The notes under the pieces are model-generated. The model saw only the letters and a program-made list of their open reading frames with translations. It was not told the DNA's origin and made no database searches. A DNA stretch of 64,000 bases, taken from positions 91,326,001 through 91,390,000 of the forward strand of contig OX597817.1 in assembly GCA_951406725.2 (NCBI GenBank), read 5' to 3'. The first letter of the stretch is position 1; every line of letters begins with the position of its first letter. This DNA is from Octopus vulgaris. Taxonomy: Eukaryota. A program made the translations under genes and the position numbers. This document shows, in pieces, positions 27,496-41,325 of the stretch.

Positions 27496-29527
27496 TCTTT
27501 ATATATAAAAGTGAGGTTGTGTGTCTGTCTCCTACGATTTAGATTCCTAACTACTCCCACATTTTGCGGTGCAGTTTAACCAAAACCGGGTATCTTATAG
27601 TCGTGATTCATATCGAGACCGTCTGGGTATTAGCGCGCGTCTACGATGAGTCTACGATTTAAAAAAAAATTTACCATCAATTTTTCCCATTTTTAACCCA
27701 TTTTTGACATATATAAGGGAAGTAACTCTCTAAAATTTATTATTAAATCTCAGAACGTAAAAAGCTACAGTAACACCCCTCCCCCTTTGTGGTTAGCCAT
27801 ATTGAGATGGCTATTATACATTACATCTCTAAAATGCTTATATAATTATCGGGCGATACTGCTAGTCTTATTATAAAAGGCAGATTTTATCTGCCTCCCT
27901 TTGTCACTTATAGAAATCTACAATATAGGATTTCTTCAATAACAATTTACCTAGCATTTTTAAGAGTAGAATGCATCGGGTCATGCCAGGTCCAGTTTTT
28001 AAAATTTCAACCCCAATTAAGCAAAATTTAGAGAAAACTCACATTGTGGTGTATGAGTCAAATGCTTCTCTTAATGTGGGCTACAGCACTCGCACACACA
28101 CACACACACAAAAAGGGAGTGATCTCATTCACTCACGCTATCACTCATTTCTACGACTTTCTCTTTGCAAGTTTGCAGCGATTAAAGTGAAACTAATTCG
28201 ATAAAACGAGAGAAGTGTACCTTAAACCACTACTAAAAAAAAAAACAGCAAACAGAAACAAATAAATACATAACGATTTACTCCTCACACAATTTCTTCA
28301 ATTAGAGTGTACCCATGATTTTTCAGAGTACTTCCAGTGGGTGATGCCATAAAAAATTTCTTTCAATTTTACCACCAATTAAGACAAAATTCGTGAAAAC
28401 TCAATATTTTAACATTTCACTCCGAAAGCATTGATGTACATGTGTGCGTGCGTGAGTGTGTGTGTGTCATTCCTCACACACACGCATACACATACATAAA
28501 TGAGAGTGGCAAGCACAAACGTTTCAAACAACTACATACAAACACGTGTGTGTTTGTTATTAGTAAAAAAGGCGCCAAAACACAACTCACTTATCATTCC
28601 AACACATTTGCAAAGACACACGGACGGTGGAATTGCTATAACAATACAGAAAAGGTAAATTGGTTTTCATTTTACTCTGTATATATTTTATTATATAATA
28701 TTATATATAGATATATGTATATATAATTGCAGTATGAAACAGTGTTTATGTATAAACAGACGACACTTATATATAGTTATTAATAAATGTATGCATCCGT
28801 TTAACCCTTTCGTTACCAAACCGCCCGAATTTACCTATTCATATTTAAATGAGAATATCAGAGTAAATCTCTTTAGTACATTCGTGAAAACACGTATTAT
28901 ACTTCGTAAACACTTCAAATACAGTTTTGTACAAAAATCGAAGTGTAATTTTAATTCCGTGAATTTTGGGAGATTTTTTTCCGAAATTTGTTCCTATTGT
29001 GTTTTCAAAATTTGTAATTCTGACAAAAAATGGATACGAATTTCATTATATCAAGCAGCGAGTCAGAATTCGAAGGATTTTCTACTGAAGACCTTCATAA
29101 ATCTAACTCTATGACTGAAAAATAAAAGCATCTTTATATAAGAGTGAAGTTGTGTGTCTGTCTCCTACGATTTAGATTCCTAACTACTCCCACATTTTGC
29201 GGTGCAGTTTAACCAAAAGCGGGTATCTTATAGTCGTGATTCATATCGAGCCCTTCTGGGTATTAGCGCGCGTCTACGATGAGTCTACGATTTAAAAAAA
29301 ATTTACCATCATATTTTTCCATTTTAATGCATTTTTTTCGCTTTTATATAAGGGAAGTAACTCTCTAAAAATATCTACGATGTGTCAACGATTTAAAAAA
29401 AAAATTTACCTTAATTTTTTTTCAATTTTTAATGCATTTTTTTGCTATTTTTTGGCTATAACTCTCTAAAAATGCTTATATAGTTATTTCCCTTACAAAC
29501 CCGAGCAACGCCGGGCGATACTGCTAG
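27496..29527 (+). mobile_element. Tandem Helitron array: C (27496-27865), B plus cargo (27866-29130), C (29131-29527)
   Basis: A|TC starts at 27496 and 29131; CTAG ends at 27862-27865 and 29524-29527; CTAG|TC junction at 27865/27866. Confidence 0.8.
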
Positions 29528-29574
29528 TATATATATAAATGAGGTAGCTTTAGTGAAGTATTGTGAGGCATAAC

Positions 29575-29836
29575 TTTAAAGAAGGTTGTTGTGTAAGGCT
29601 GGAAGAATGTGAGAAGGTACAAAGTAAACAACAAAAGGAAAGAAAACAGAACAAAGTTGCAATTTTACCTTATGTTTCTATATTTAGATAAACCATTCCA
29701 AATTTTCTGAAGGAGTCTTCTCCTCGGAATATAAAGGTACAAGGTAAAACAGCAACATTGTTCTATATGCTTTCCTTTTGTTGTTTACTTTGTACCTTCT
29801 CGCATTGTCCCAACCTTACACAACAACCTTCTTTAA
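29575..29836. repeat. Fold-back inverted repeat (about 110-bp arms)
   Basis: tttaaagaaggttgttgtgtaagg... pairs with ...ccttacacaacaaccttctttaaa. Confidence 0.8.
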
Positions 29837-30769
29837 ATACACACACACACACATCTTTGCATGTGTGTCTGTGTCAGTGTTTGTCTTTTTATATCACTTG
29901 GCAACCAGTGTTCATTTGTTTATATCTCAGTAGCTTTACAATTTGGCAAAAGAGACTGATAGAATGGGTAGACTTCAATATACAATTACTAGAGTTGATT
30001 TGTTTGACTAAAATCACTTCAAGATGGATTCCCAACGTGGCTGCAGTCCAAAGGCTGAAACAAGTTAAAAATGAAAAATAAAAGATGTACTTTATGTTTA
30101 TTGCATGAGTGTCAAATGTGTGTAAGATGTGTTCTATAAAATACATTACATAAATTATGTTACATATGGGTAATATGTATTTTAGATATTTGCTACTTGT
30201 GTTTTATCTGCATATTCTATGTATGGTATGTGTGTGTGTTTGTGCATGCTACAGAAGTTCATAATTTCCAATGACGTCTTAATTATTTTTAATGCATTAT
30301 TATTGACTGTATTTTCTCAATCTAATTTATCTTGGAAACAAGTAAGGGTTGGTGACAGGAAGAGTCTCCATCCATCCTTAGAAAAATATGCCTCAACAAC
30401 TTCTATCTGAACAATGCAAGCATGAAAAAGTGAATGGTAGATTACTTTCCAGTAATGCGTTAGCTGACTGATCTGCTACTTCAACTCTGAGGTATGTAAT
30501 ATATCATGAAATTACTATAAACCATCGACCAGACTAAGTTTTACATGAACTTCATTGATGTTTCAAAAACTGACTGGAATAATCTTTACTTCTTGGTGTT
30601 TTTTTAACAACTCAGGATGGTGGCTCAAATGTATCTCAATACTATAGTTGTGTTGATGTTATTGCGAAGATCTCATTTAATATAACTACATCCTCCTATT
30701 GTTCAGTCTATATTGGTCAAAAATACCACCGTGCATGTGTGTGTATGTGAGTATACATATATATCTAGG

Positions 30770-31180
30770 TGCAGATGTGGCTGTGTGGATAAGCACAGGC
30801 ATGGCTGTGTCATAAGAAGCTTGCTTTCCAACCACGTGGCTTCAGGTTCAGTCCCACTGCATAGCACTTTAAGCAAGTGTCTTCTACTTGGGTCGACCAA
30901 AGCCTTCTGAGTAGATTTGGTAGATGGAAACTGAAAGAAGCTCATTGTATATATATATATGTATGTGTGTCTGTATGTCTGTATTTGTCACCCCATCACC
31001 ACTTGACAACTGGTGTGGTGTGTTTATGTCCCTGTAACTTAGTGGTTTGGCAAAAGCAACCAATAGAATAAGTACTAGGCTTAAATATTAAGTCCTAGGG
31101 CTGATTTTTTCGACTAAAATCCTTTAAAGTGGTGCTCCAGGATGGCCACAGTCAAATGACAGAAACAAATAAAAGAATAT
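30770..31180 (+). mobile_element. CORE-type tRNA SINE with a duplicated head
   Basis: Homologous to 15915-16292. Confidence 0.8.
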
Positions 31181-31204
31181 AGATATATAAATAAAAAAAA
31201 TAAT

Positions 31205-31455
31205 AAATGTACCCTTTTAAAGCCTAGCCAGGCTCATGGGCCCAGTTTCCTGGTTTCTATGATGTATGTGTTTCCCAGCTGGACGGGACGCCAGCCCATC
31301 GCAGCATTACTCATTTTTGCCAGCTGAATAGACTGGAGCAATGTGAAATGAAATGTTTTGTCCAAGAACACAATGCGTCACCCGGTTCAGGAATCGAAAC
31401 CACAATTTTACGATCATGGTGCTGACACCCTAACCACTAAGCCACGCGCCTCCAC
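31205..31455 (-). mobile_element. tRNA-derived SINE with a V-domain-like core
   Basis: A box TGGCTTAGTGG, B box GGTTTCGATTCC, core ctgcgatgggctggcgtcccgtccag. Relatives at 42340-42610(+), 45850-46162(-) and 47848-47955(-). Confidence 0.75.
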
Positions 31456-31623
31456 TGATATATAGATATATAGATACATATATGCTTATACATACATACA
31501 TACATGCATTATATATACACACACACACTTACACACACACACACACACAGATACGCACACACATATTTCGATTTTGGATTTGGTTTGCAAGATTTTTTAT
31601 TGAGTTCATGTGTTGAATCATAT

Positions 31624-31870
31624 TCAGTTGTATCTGGGGAGAGTCTGTCTCTTTTAGTGCCTTATAATTTAACACACTCACTGGTAAAATTTCCACTCAT
31701 TTACTTATTTATTTTTCTAAAATTTTCATTGTGTTTTGCAAAGTTTGAAAAGGTTGCAAGACACAATGAAAATTTTAGAAAAATAAATAAGTAAATGAGT
31801 GGAAATTTTACCAATAAGTGTGTTAAATTATAAGGCACCAAAAGAGAATGACTTTCCACAGATACAACAG
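31624..31870. repeat. Fold-back inverted repeat (about 117-bp arms, about 13-bp spacer)
   Basis: 31624-31741 is the reverse complement of about 31754-31870. Confidence 0.85.
31745..31778 (+). ncRNA. Degenerate minimal hammerhead-like motif with a U3-A8 core
   Basis: TTGAAAA-G-GTTGC aagac ACAAT-GAA-A-AT-T-T-TAG. Stem II is restored if two CpG-type transitions are reverted (GCAAC). The 5' strand of stem I is truncated. Confidence 0.45.
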
Positions 31871-31879
31871 TATACACAC

Positions 31880-32848
31880 ATCATCATCATCAACATCATC
31901 ATTTAGCGTCCGCTTTCCATGCTAGCATGGGTTGGACGGTTCAACTGGGGTCTGGGAAGCAAGAAGGCTGCACCAGGCCCAGTCTGATCTGGCAGTGTTT
32001 CTACGGCTGGATGCCCTTCCTAATGCCAACCACTCCATGAGTGTAGTGGGTGCTTTTTACGTGCCACCCGCACAGGTGCCAGACGGGGCTGGCAAACGGC
32101 CACGGATGGATGGTGCTTTTTACGTGCCACCGGCACGGGGCCCAGCCAAGGCTGGCAGCAGCCACAATCGGATGGTGCTTTTTACGTGCCGCCGGCACGA
32201 AGGCCAGTCGAGGCGGCGCTGGCAACGGACATGGTCGGGTGGTGCTTTTTACGTGCCACCAGCACGGAGGCCAATCGGGGCGGCGCTGGCCATGGCCACT
32301 ATCGGATGGTACACTTACATGTCACCGGCACTGGTATCGCAGCTGCAATTTCCATTGATGTTGATCGACTTCGATTTTGGTTCTGATTTCTGATTTAATT
32401 TGATTTCATTTGATTTTGATTTTGATTTCCGATTTCCACTTGCCTCAACGGGTCTTCACAAGTGGAGTTTTGTGTCACAAGAAGGAAAGGTATGCATAAG
32501 TCGACTGACTACATCCCAGGTAGAGGCCACGGGTAATGGTCTCACTAGTCCTGCCGAGTCTTCTCACGCACAGCATACTTCCATAGGTCTCGGTCTCTAG
32601 TCATCTCCTCAGAGAGACCTAAAGTTCAAAGGTGCTTCACCACCTCGTCCCAGGTTTTCCTAGGTCTACCTCTTCCACAGGTTCCCTCAACCGCTAGGGT
32701 GTGGCACTTTTTCACACAACTATCTTCATCCATTCTCACCACATGACCATACCAGTGCAAACGTCTCTCTTGCACACCACATCTGATGCTTCTTAGGTCC
32801 AGCTTTTCTCTCAAGGTACTTACACTCTGTCGAGTATGAACACTGACC
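31880..32848 (-). mobile_element. RTE LINE 3' end (ORF C-terminus, hairpin-array 3'UTR, (GAT)n tail)
   Basis: ERRLHWYGHVVRMDEDSCVKK..GRGRPRKTW; homologous to 36960-37742. Confidence 0.9.
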
Positions 32849-33029
32849 TGTGTGCATCTCTCTATATATATGTGTGCGATACAGGAGAGAAATAGGGTCT
32901 TCCCAACATAGACCCTACAGAAGGAATGCTATCCCCATTGGCAGCAGTATGATAGATAAAGAAATGAAGGACATAAAGATTGGGATGTCCTTGCTCCATC
33001 AGGATCTACTATCATCAGGAGGATTAGAT

Positions 33030-33650
33030 TAGATGAGATACAGTTTGGTTTGTAAGACAACTGCCTGAGAAGCATTTTGATTAAATTAAGCCTCTGTACT
33101 TGTCTTAGACAGAGTTCCTCACTCTATTATCCAATGGTGCTTGATAAAGTTTGGTGTGGATGAATGGTTTGATAGCTATACAAGCAATGTACAAGAGTGC
33201 TATTAGAAAGGTGAGAGTTAATTATATGTATAACAATGAATTTAGTGTGGAGGTAAGAGTTCACCAGGACTCAGTTCTCAGTCCATATTGTACCCTCAGT
33301 ACAAGCTACGGACACACAAGGTTAATAGAGAATGTAAACTTTATATATGGCAGATATGTAGGAACAATAAACATGAAATACACATGAGAAATAGATTTTC
33401 TTGAATACTTAGAAGGTTCCCCAGACATAGTAGATAGTTTCTGTCACTTAGATGATCTAATTAGCAGTTGAAAAGAATGTTCTGAATATAATTTTTTGAA
33501 TAAGAACAGGACGAAAAAAATGGTGAGTTATTATTTCTTTTGGTAATAAACGGTCTTTCACTCAAAATGAAAAGCTGATTGTATGATGCTTTTGTGAAAA
33601 CTAATGTTACATGCAAGGCTGGAGCTATGATGTGCAGGACCCAATTAGCG
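33030..33650 (+). mobile_element. Highly degraded RTE RT remnant
   Basis: IQAMYKSAIRKVRVN...EFSVEVRVHQDSVLSP. Confidence 0.65.
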
Positions 33651-36127
33651 AATTATCAGTGGAGCCCTCTACTCTATAAAAGCTAAAGATTGATGTTTTA
33701 TGCATCATGTAGTACACCAGTCCCATCCAAAAAAGCATTGAGTGATTGAGGCTGCACCATTAGCCACAATGATATACTAAAAAGTGAAAGCTCATATGAA
33801 AGTTTTAATGTTTTATTACAAGTCAAGATAATTACTGATATACTGTATGTGAATAAGCCTTCTAAAAACACACTTTTCTGGGGTTTTTCTTTTATCTGAG
33901 AAATCTTTCAAAATCATTTGAAAGTGAATGGCTTTATAATGTTATTTTCTATAGATAGCATTGCCAAATTATTGTGTCTCTCTTGCAAAATTGTTTACTG
34001 TAGGTATGTTTTAATCAGTTTTAGTTTTGAAAAATGTTTCCCACCTGAATCAACCGTTTTGGGCATTGTTAAGTAAATCCTCAAAGCAATAAAATCATTA
34101 GGAAATTCATAATTCAACACAGCATCTTCCAACCAAGTATATGCACAGGGCCCTCTCATGATGCAGAACCCAATTTGAACAAATCTGTCTAAGTGGCTGA
34201 AAACTTGCCCTGGCTACATGGTAGTGAGACATGGACCTTAAATGCATAAAACATGTAAAGACTAGAAAGGAATGAAGTTACTATGCTCCAGTGGATGTGC
34301 AGCACCAGTTTGCTTGCACAATTAAGTGCAAATGTATTGAGAAAAAACGTAAGAAGAATCAGATACAGAGTGCAAGAGAAAAGACTGTACTGGTATGGCC
34401 AAGCGTATGTATGGATGGGAACGGTTGTATAAGGAAGTGCTGATCTCTAAATGTGGATGGAACTTGTGGAAAAGAGAGACCCAGTAAGATATGAATGAAT
34501 TAGTGAAGGTTGATCTCAAGATGTTGAACTTCATGGAGAAGATGACAAAGGTCCAAGATGACTGGCAAATTACTGTGCTCAAGAAGACCTGTCTGTCTCA
34601 ACAAAACTGAGGTACTAGAATTATGTTTATACACTTAATTGCTCTTGCTCCTGCACAGGGTCTGTCCCAATCAAACTTTTTCCACCACCCATCTTAACAC
34701 TCATCCTTCCATTCTTTGAACTATGGTACTATCCAGCTGCTATAATTATGAGAGCAGAATGTAGACATATCTCATCTTTCTTTGTGCAACGAGCTACCTC
34801 CCCACCTCTCTGGAACCATTTTGGTTTAAAATCCATCCTTAATTCTCACTTCCCATTTTGATTCCCATCCATCACCTCTTTCTGTATCTTTCTAAGATAC
34901 ATCTTAGGGCTGCTATTTCTTTATCTTTAACAGCCTCTTTTATCTGCTGTCATTTTCACCATCCTGGCATATCTGTTGACAGTCTTCTCCACTTTGTCTC
35001 CCACTCATTATAGACATCTCTTCATACCTCTCACATTCATTTCTGTGATTGTAAATCTCTTTCTCTCTCTCTCTCCCTCCTGCTCTCTGTGTCTCTCGCT
35101 CACTCATAGCCCATTCTCCCTCTCCATACATCATCTACTTATTTTTTGATCCACCTACAGGCTTGTTATACTCTGCTGTTCTCCATTCCTCTACTGCCTC
35201 TTATCACTTTCTTCTTCATGACCCTCTCTTATTTTTTCACCTTTCCTCTGCCATACAGAGTTTTACCACTGACCACACCCTAGTGCCATTTACTACATCC
35301 ACCTTACCCATCTCTAACCTACTGTCACTCCCCACACACTTTAATATCATCCTTCCTAATTCTTCGTGTTCTCTCTCATACTCGCCTTTTTGTGTCACTT
35401 TATCACCACCATCATTGCCTTCTTTTCAGCTGCTCTTACTCACCCTTATATAATTCAAGGTAACCTGCATCTCTTCTATAGAAAGACACTGTGTCTGTCC
35501 CTCTATTGTGCTTTTGCTTCTCATCACATGACATAAAATTACCTCCCCCTCTACAACAATCCCATTCAGTTAAGAGTCTTTTCTTTGTCTTGCAAGTTAC
35601 TTGTTGGCTTCACAAAAGGTCAGCATCACACAAAAACGCACCCAGAACATTCTGTAAAGTGTTTGGCATTAAGAAGTGCATCCAGCCATAGAAACTACGC
35701 CATAGCAGACATCAAAGTGCAACACAGTCCTCTGGTTTGTTGGATCCTGTCAAACCATCTAACACATATTAGCATGATTAAATGATTATGATGACGATGA
35801 CGACGATGACAATGATGATATACATATATAACACTGTGTAAGACGATTTTTGTCCTTGGATAGCAACTATTATTTCTTATTTGCATACCCTTAGAAAGTA
35901 TAAAAAATGGCTAATATTTCCTTCAAACTTTGCTTTTGTTACATTTATTAAAACCGCAAAGAATCCCTCTCAACATATGGCTGTGATGCTCCCCCACTAT
36001 TCCTGCTCATGATTAGAGATACACATATTGTTAGCTACTAAGGAATATGTTCAAATGGTTAAGGTCAAGCAACTGACAAGCAAACCTGTAGTATTGAGAA
36101 GAATATTTGCTATCATGAACGGTTAGT

Positions 36128-37742
36128 GAGAGCTTGAATGGTTAGTGAGAGCCGTGCAAGCCATGTACAGATGCCCTGTATGTAAGGTGAGGGTTGGCAA
36201 CGAGTACACTGAAGAATTCAGGGTAGACGTAGGGATCCACCAAGGTTCAGTCCTCAGCCCCCGCCTATTTATCATAGTCCTCCAGGCAACAACGGAGGAA
36301 TTCAAGACAGGATGCCCCTGGGAGCTCCTATATGCTGATGACCTTGCTCTAATTGCTGAGTCACTATCAGAACTAGAGGCGAAGTTTCAAGTGTGGAGAC
36401 AAGGATTAGAATTGAAGGGCCTTAAAATCAACCTAGCTAAAACCAAAGTCCTAATATGTAGGAAGGCAGGCAAATCACAAATGTCTTCAGGTAGATAGCC
36501 CTGCTCGATCTGTAGAAAAGGCGTAGGTAGAAACTCTGTAAGGTGCTCCAAGTGTAAGCTATGGACACATAAGAGGTGCAGCCAATGTCAAAGGAAGGCT
36601 AACTAGGAAGATAGTCTTTGTATGTGGCAGATGCTCAGGAGCAATAAACACTGATAATGTGCAGAGACCAACTTCCGCCACATTCCAGGGAGAAAAACTA
36701 GAAATTGGTGATAGTAGTGGGGGCGGATGTGCTGAAAGTGTAACTGCTAGAGTAAGAATAGCCTGGGCAAAGTTCAGAGAGCTCTTACATCTACTGGTGA
36801 CAAAAGGCCTCTCGATCAGAATAAAAGGCAGACTGTATGACGCATGAATATGAACAGCCATGCTACATGGCAGTGAAACATGGGCCGTGACTGCTGAGGA
36901 TATGTGTAAACTCACAAGAAATGAAGCCAGTATGCTCCGATGGATGTGTAATGTTAGTGTTCATACTTGACAGAGTGTAAGTACCTTGAGAGAAAAGTTG
37001 GACCTAAGAAGCATCAGTTGTGGTGTGCAAGAGAGACGTTTGCGCTGGTATGGTCATGTAATGAGAATGGATGAAGATAGCTGTGTGAAAAAGTGCCACA
37101 CCCTAGCGGTTGATGGAACCTGGGGAAGAGGTAGACCTAGGAAAACCTGGGACAAGGTGGTGAAGCACGACCATTGAACTTTAGGTCTCACTGAGGAAAT
37201 GACCAGAGACTGAGACTTTTGGAAGTATGCTGTGCGTGGGAAGACCCGGCAGGACAAGTGAGACCATAACCCGTGGCCTCTACCTGGGATGTAGCCAGTC
37301 GACTTATGCATACCTTTCCTTCTTGTGACACAAAACTCTACTTGTGAAGACCTGTTGAGGCAAGCGAAAATCGAAATCGATCAGCATCAATGGAAATTGT
37401 AGCTGCAATACCTGTGCTGGTGGCACGTAAGAGAACCATCCGAACGTGGCCGTTGCCAGCGCCGCCCCGACTGGCCCCCGTGCCAGTGGCACATAAAAAG
37501 CACCTTCCGTTCGTGGCCGTTTGCCAGCCTCCTCTGGCACCTGTGTCGGTGACACGTAAAAAGCACCAACTACACTCACGGAGTGGTTGGCGTTAGAAAG
37601 GGCATCCAGCTGTAGAAACACTGCTAGATCAGACTGGGCCTGGCGCAGCTTTCTGGCTTCCCAGACCCCAGTTGAACCATCCAACCCATGCTAGCATGGA
37701 AAGTGGATGTTAAACGATGATGATAGTGATGATGATGATGAT
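36128..37742 (+). mobile_element. RTE LINE, 5'-truncated, same family as 1-2170
   Basis: GIHQGSVLSP, ELLYADDLALI, RLRWYGHV, GRGRPRKTW; several stops; 3'UTR array and (GAT)n tail. Confidence 0.92.
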
Positions 37743-37959
37743 TTTTCTGTTTCAGCAACTCAGTGCTGAATCTGTCTGAAATGTAATGGAAAATAGGTCA
37801 GTTTCAATGTATTTATATCCAGGTTACAAAAGCAAAGTTTGAAGGGAATAATAGTAATTTCCTTTGACTTATAGATAGAAGCATATAAGAAATAACACTT
37901 ACTTGACCAAAGGCAATAAAAATAAAAATGACGTCTGTTATGGCATAAGTATAATAACA

Positions 37960-39640
37960 TGAAGAATCGTGCAAAGAGGGTGGTTGTAAGATCTATGAGG
38001 AAGGAGGCTGAAGAGAGGTGTTTACGTTTATTAAATCAATGAAAAATGATGGAAGCGATGTTTAGGGAGGAAGATGCATGAGGTGGGTGGAGAGATAGGG
38101 ATTGTTGTGATGATGGAGCTCTGTCAGAGTGTGTTGGATGGAAGAGGAATGCCAGATGACTGGACACTAAGTGTGGAGGTACCAATTTTCAAGGGGAAAG
38201 GGGATGTGATGAGTTGTAGGGCATATAAACGAGTGAAGTTATTGGAGCATGCAATGGAGATAGTGGAAAGGGTGTTGGAGAGGAGAATTTTGAAAGGAGT
38301 GGATGTGGATGAGATGCAATTTTATTTTATGCCAGGAAGGGGGACAATAGATGCAGTGTTCATTGTAAGGAGATTGCAGCAGAAATACTGAGATAAGGGA
38401 TAGGAGTTGTACATGTGCTTTGTTGATCTGGAGAAGGCATTTGATAGAGTTCCAAGGAAGGTGATTGAGTAGGCATTGAGGAAGAGAGGTTTACTAGAGG
38501 TAATAGTGAGAGCAGTAATGAGTTTGTATGAGTGAAAATTAGATCAGAACTGTCAGAAGAGTTTGCTGTGAAAATTGGTGTGCCTCAGGGATCTGTGTTG
38601 TTTCCTTTGTTGTTTGCAATAGTGGTTATGTGGTGACAGAGAGTGCAAGAGAGAGACTGCTAATGGAGATACTGTATGCAGATGACCTTGTTCTGATGAG
38701 TGAGATGATGGAGGGATTGAGGGAGAAGTTCTGGAAATGGAAGGAGGTGTTTGAAAGCAAGGGTTTGAAGGTAACCCTCGGGAAGACAAAGGTGATGGTG
38801 ATTGGGGTGGAAGGAGGAGTGTTAGTGAGTAAGGTAAATCCATGTGGTGTATGTAGGAAGAGGGTAATGGCAAATGCGGTGTTGTGTATGAAATGTGGAA
38901 AATGGATTCATGGTAGATGTACGAAAATGAAGGTGACCCCAAGACTGGCAAGAGAGTTTGTGGAAGATGTGAGAAAAGAGGTGGAAGGTTGGTGAAGTCA
39001 GTGGAAACACAATGTGATGAGATAGAGACAGTGAGAGGGTTTTGTTATTTGGGAGATAGGGTGGATGTAAGTGGTGGATGTGAAGCAGCTGTGACAGGGA
39101 CTGTAGAGCATTATTATATGGGAAAAGGTTCTCATTGAAGACGAAAGGTAAGGTCTATAGGAGTTGTGTGAGAGCTGCAATGCTGTATGGGAGTGAGACA
39201 TGGTGTTTGAGAGAGAGAGAGAGATGGCAAATTTGAGAAGGACTGAGAGAGCAATGGTAAGAGAAATATGTGGCATGAGGCTGTTTGATAAGAGGACTGA
39301 GGACTTGATAGGGATGCTGGGGTTGGAGGAATCAGTGGAATGGCTAGCAAGGGCGAATGGAGTACAGTGGTATGGGCATGTGTTTAAGAGGGATGAGAAG
39401 CATTTTCTGAAGAGGGTGCGAGAGTTTGAGGTAAATGGACAGCGAAAGCAAGGTAGGCCAAGGAAAATGTGAAGAGGACAGGTGGAAGAGAAGATTGGGA
39501 GGGATGACTTGAGAAGGGAGGATGCCAAAAACTGGGAAAGATAATGTGAGGGTGGTTGCTATGGCATTGAGGTAGCCACCCCTGTTAATGGGGACAAAAT
39601 CTGCATTCAAAATGATGCATGATGATGATGATGATGATGT
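37960..39640 (+). mobile_element. RTE LINE of a second family, degraded
   Basis: VPIFKGKGD, FMPGRGTIDAVF, FVDLEKAFDRVPR, LYADDLVL, WYGHV, GRPRK; (GAT)n tail. Confidence 0.9.
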
Positions 39641-40656
39641 TCCACAGTGTAATTTCCCAATGAGTTTTCATTAGTCAGAAAAAAACATGTACTTGTGTAT
39701 CAGTTATGGTGTGCAAGAGAAACAACTTCATTGATGTTGACATGTGATGGCAGTTGGATGATGATAGTTGGATGAAGAAGAGTCAGGAGATCTATATGGA
39801 AGAAACCAAATGGCAAATGAAAACCAATGGCATGAACAGAAGTGGTGGAAGCTAATCTCAGGATGTTGAATTTCACAAAGGAGATAACTAAAGAATGCAA
39901 CATGTTGGAGGCCTCATTGAACCCATTCAAACATAGAAAATGGGCATAAATGGAAGAGGATGATGGTGGTGGTGGGAGGGCGGTTTGGTGGTGATGATGG
40001 TGTGGTGGATGTGGTGGTGGTTGTGTGGCTTGCAGTGGTGGTGGTGGTGGTGGTGGTGGTGGTGGTGATGGTGACGGCAGTAGCAGTAGTGGTGGTGGCA
40101 GTAGTGGTAGTGGTGGTGGTAATGTGGTATATACTTCAAACACTTCTTCATATTTTACAAGAGTATTGATTCCTTGGTCCCTTCTGAGTTGATTGATCTC
40201 TTTCAGTTAACATTCAGGAATTACTTTAAACTTTACTCATCATCTGTCAGTTTAAGCTCAAGGAATCACTATATATAGATGACTACAGTACCAAAATATA
40301 GACCACACTGCCATTAGCTATCGCTATATATCATCAACTGTTCCAGACTTCAAAAGAAAGTTTGAAATTTCTTTTTTATTGAACTCTGAATATCACTTTC
40401 TAAATTGAAAATAAAATAATATAATCTTGACATCTTGTAATGCAACTATAAAACTGTCTGGAATTACACTTGGTTTAGTAAACAGAATAGTAGAGGCTCA
40501 ATACAAAAGCTTCATTAGAACTCAGTGTTATGCTGCCATGGCAGTTTGAGAGATGCCATACAACAGGTACCTTCTCAATTGTGCACATTCTCTTGATACC
40601 TTATACCAAAATACACACATAGACTCTGGACTGGAACTTTCTGCTCTCAAATATGC

Positions 40657-40874
40657 TATGGGGTGCTGTAAAGTTTTTGGCTTTAAGGGTATCATGAAAG
40701 GCCTGGTTGGAAGCCCAACCTTCTGAGTTCTTTTACAAGGCTTAGAATAACTGAAGGACTGCTGCCATAAGTGTGCAGATCTGAAAGGGGAAAATGCTGA
40801 ATAAAATCTTAATTAACTGAACCTTCTATATTTTCTTTTACCCAAAGCCAAGAACGTTTCAGCAGCCCCTCATC
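40657..40874. mobile_element. Mariner-derived MITE
   Basis: TIRs ggggtgctgtaaagtttttggcttt and aaagccaagaacgtttcagcagcccc. The interior resembles a mariner transposase 3' end. Confidence 0.65.
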
Positions 40875-40949
40875 GATACCAGGAACTAAACTTCAGAATC
40901 TGTGGCTAGTATCACCTCAGCCGAGGAAGTTTTATCGTTATCCTTCATC

Positions 40950-41162
40950 TTTTAATTGTTTCGATCATTTTGATTATGGCCATGTTGGGGCACTGCCCTG
41001 ATGGGTTTTAGTCAAACACATTAACCCCAGGACTTTTTTTAAGTCTGGTATTTATTCTATTGGTCACTTTCGCTGAACTGCTAAGTTATGGGGATGTAAA
41101 CACACCCACACAAGTTGTCAAGTGGTGGTAGCGATCAAACACACACACATACACGTGTGCAT

Positions 41163-41213
<51 letters not shown>

Positions 41214-41325
41214 ACAGGTTCCTTTCAGTTTTTGTCTACCAAATTCACTTACAAGTCTTTGGTCAACTGGAGGCTATATTAGAAGACACTTGCCCAAGGT
41301 GACATGTAGTGGAACTAAACTCAAA
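40950..41325 (-). mobile_element. CORE-type tRNA SINE
   Basis: Reverse homologue of 15915-16292. Confidence 0.78.

Noticed and set aside
32049-32335. CRISPR-like repeat/spacer array
   Set aside because: The spacers are homologous to each other, the array lies in a LINE 3'UTR in eukaryotic DNA, and no cas genes are present.
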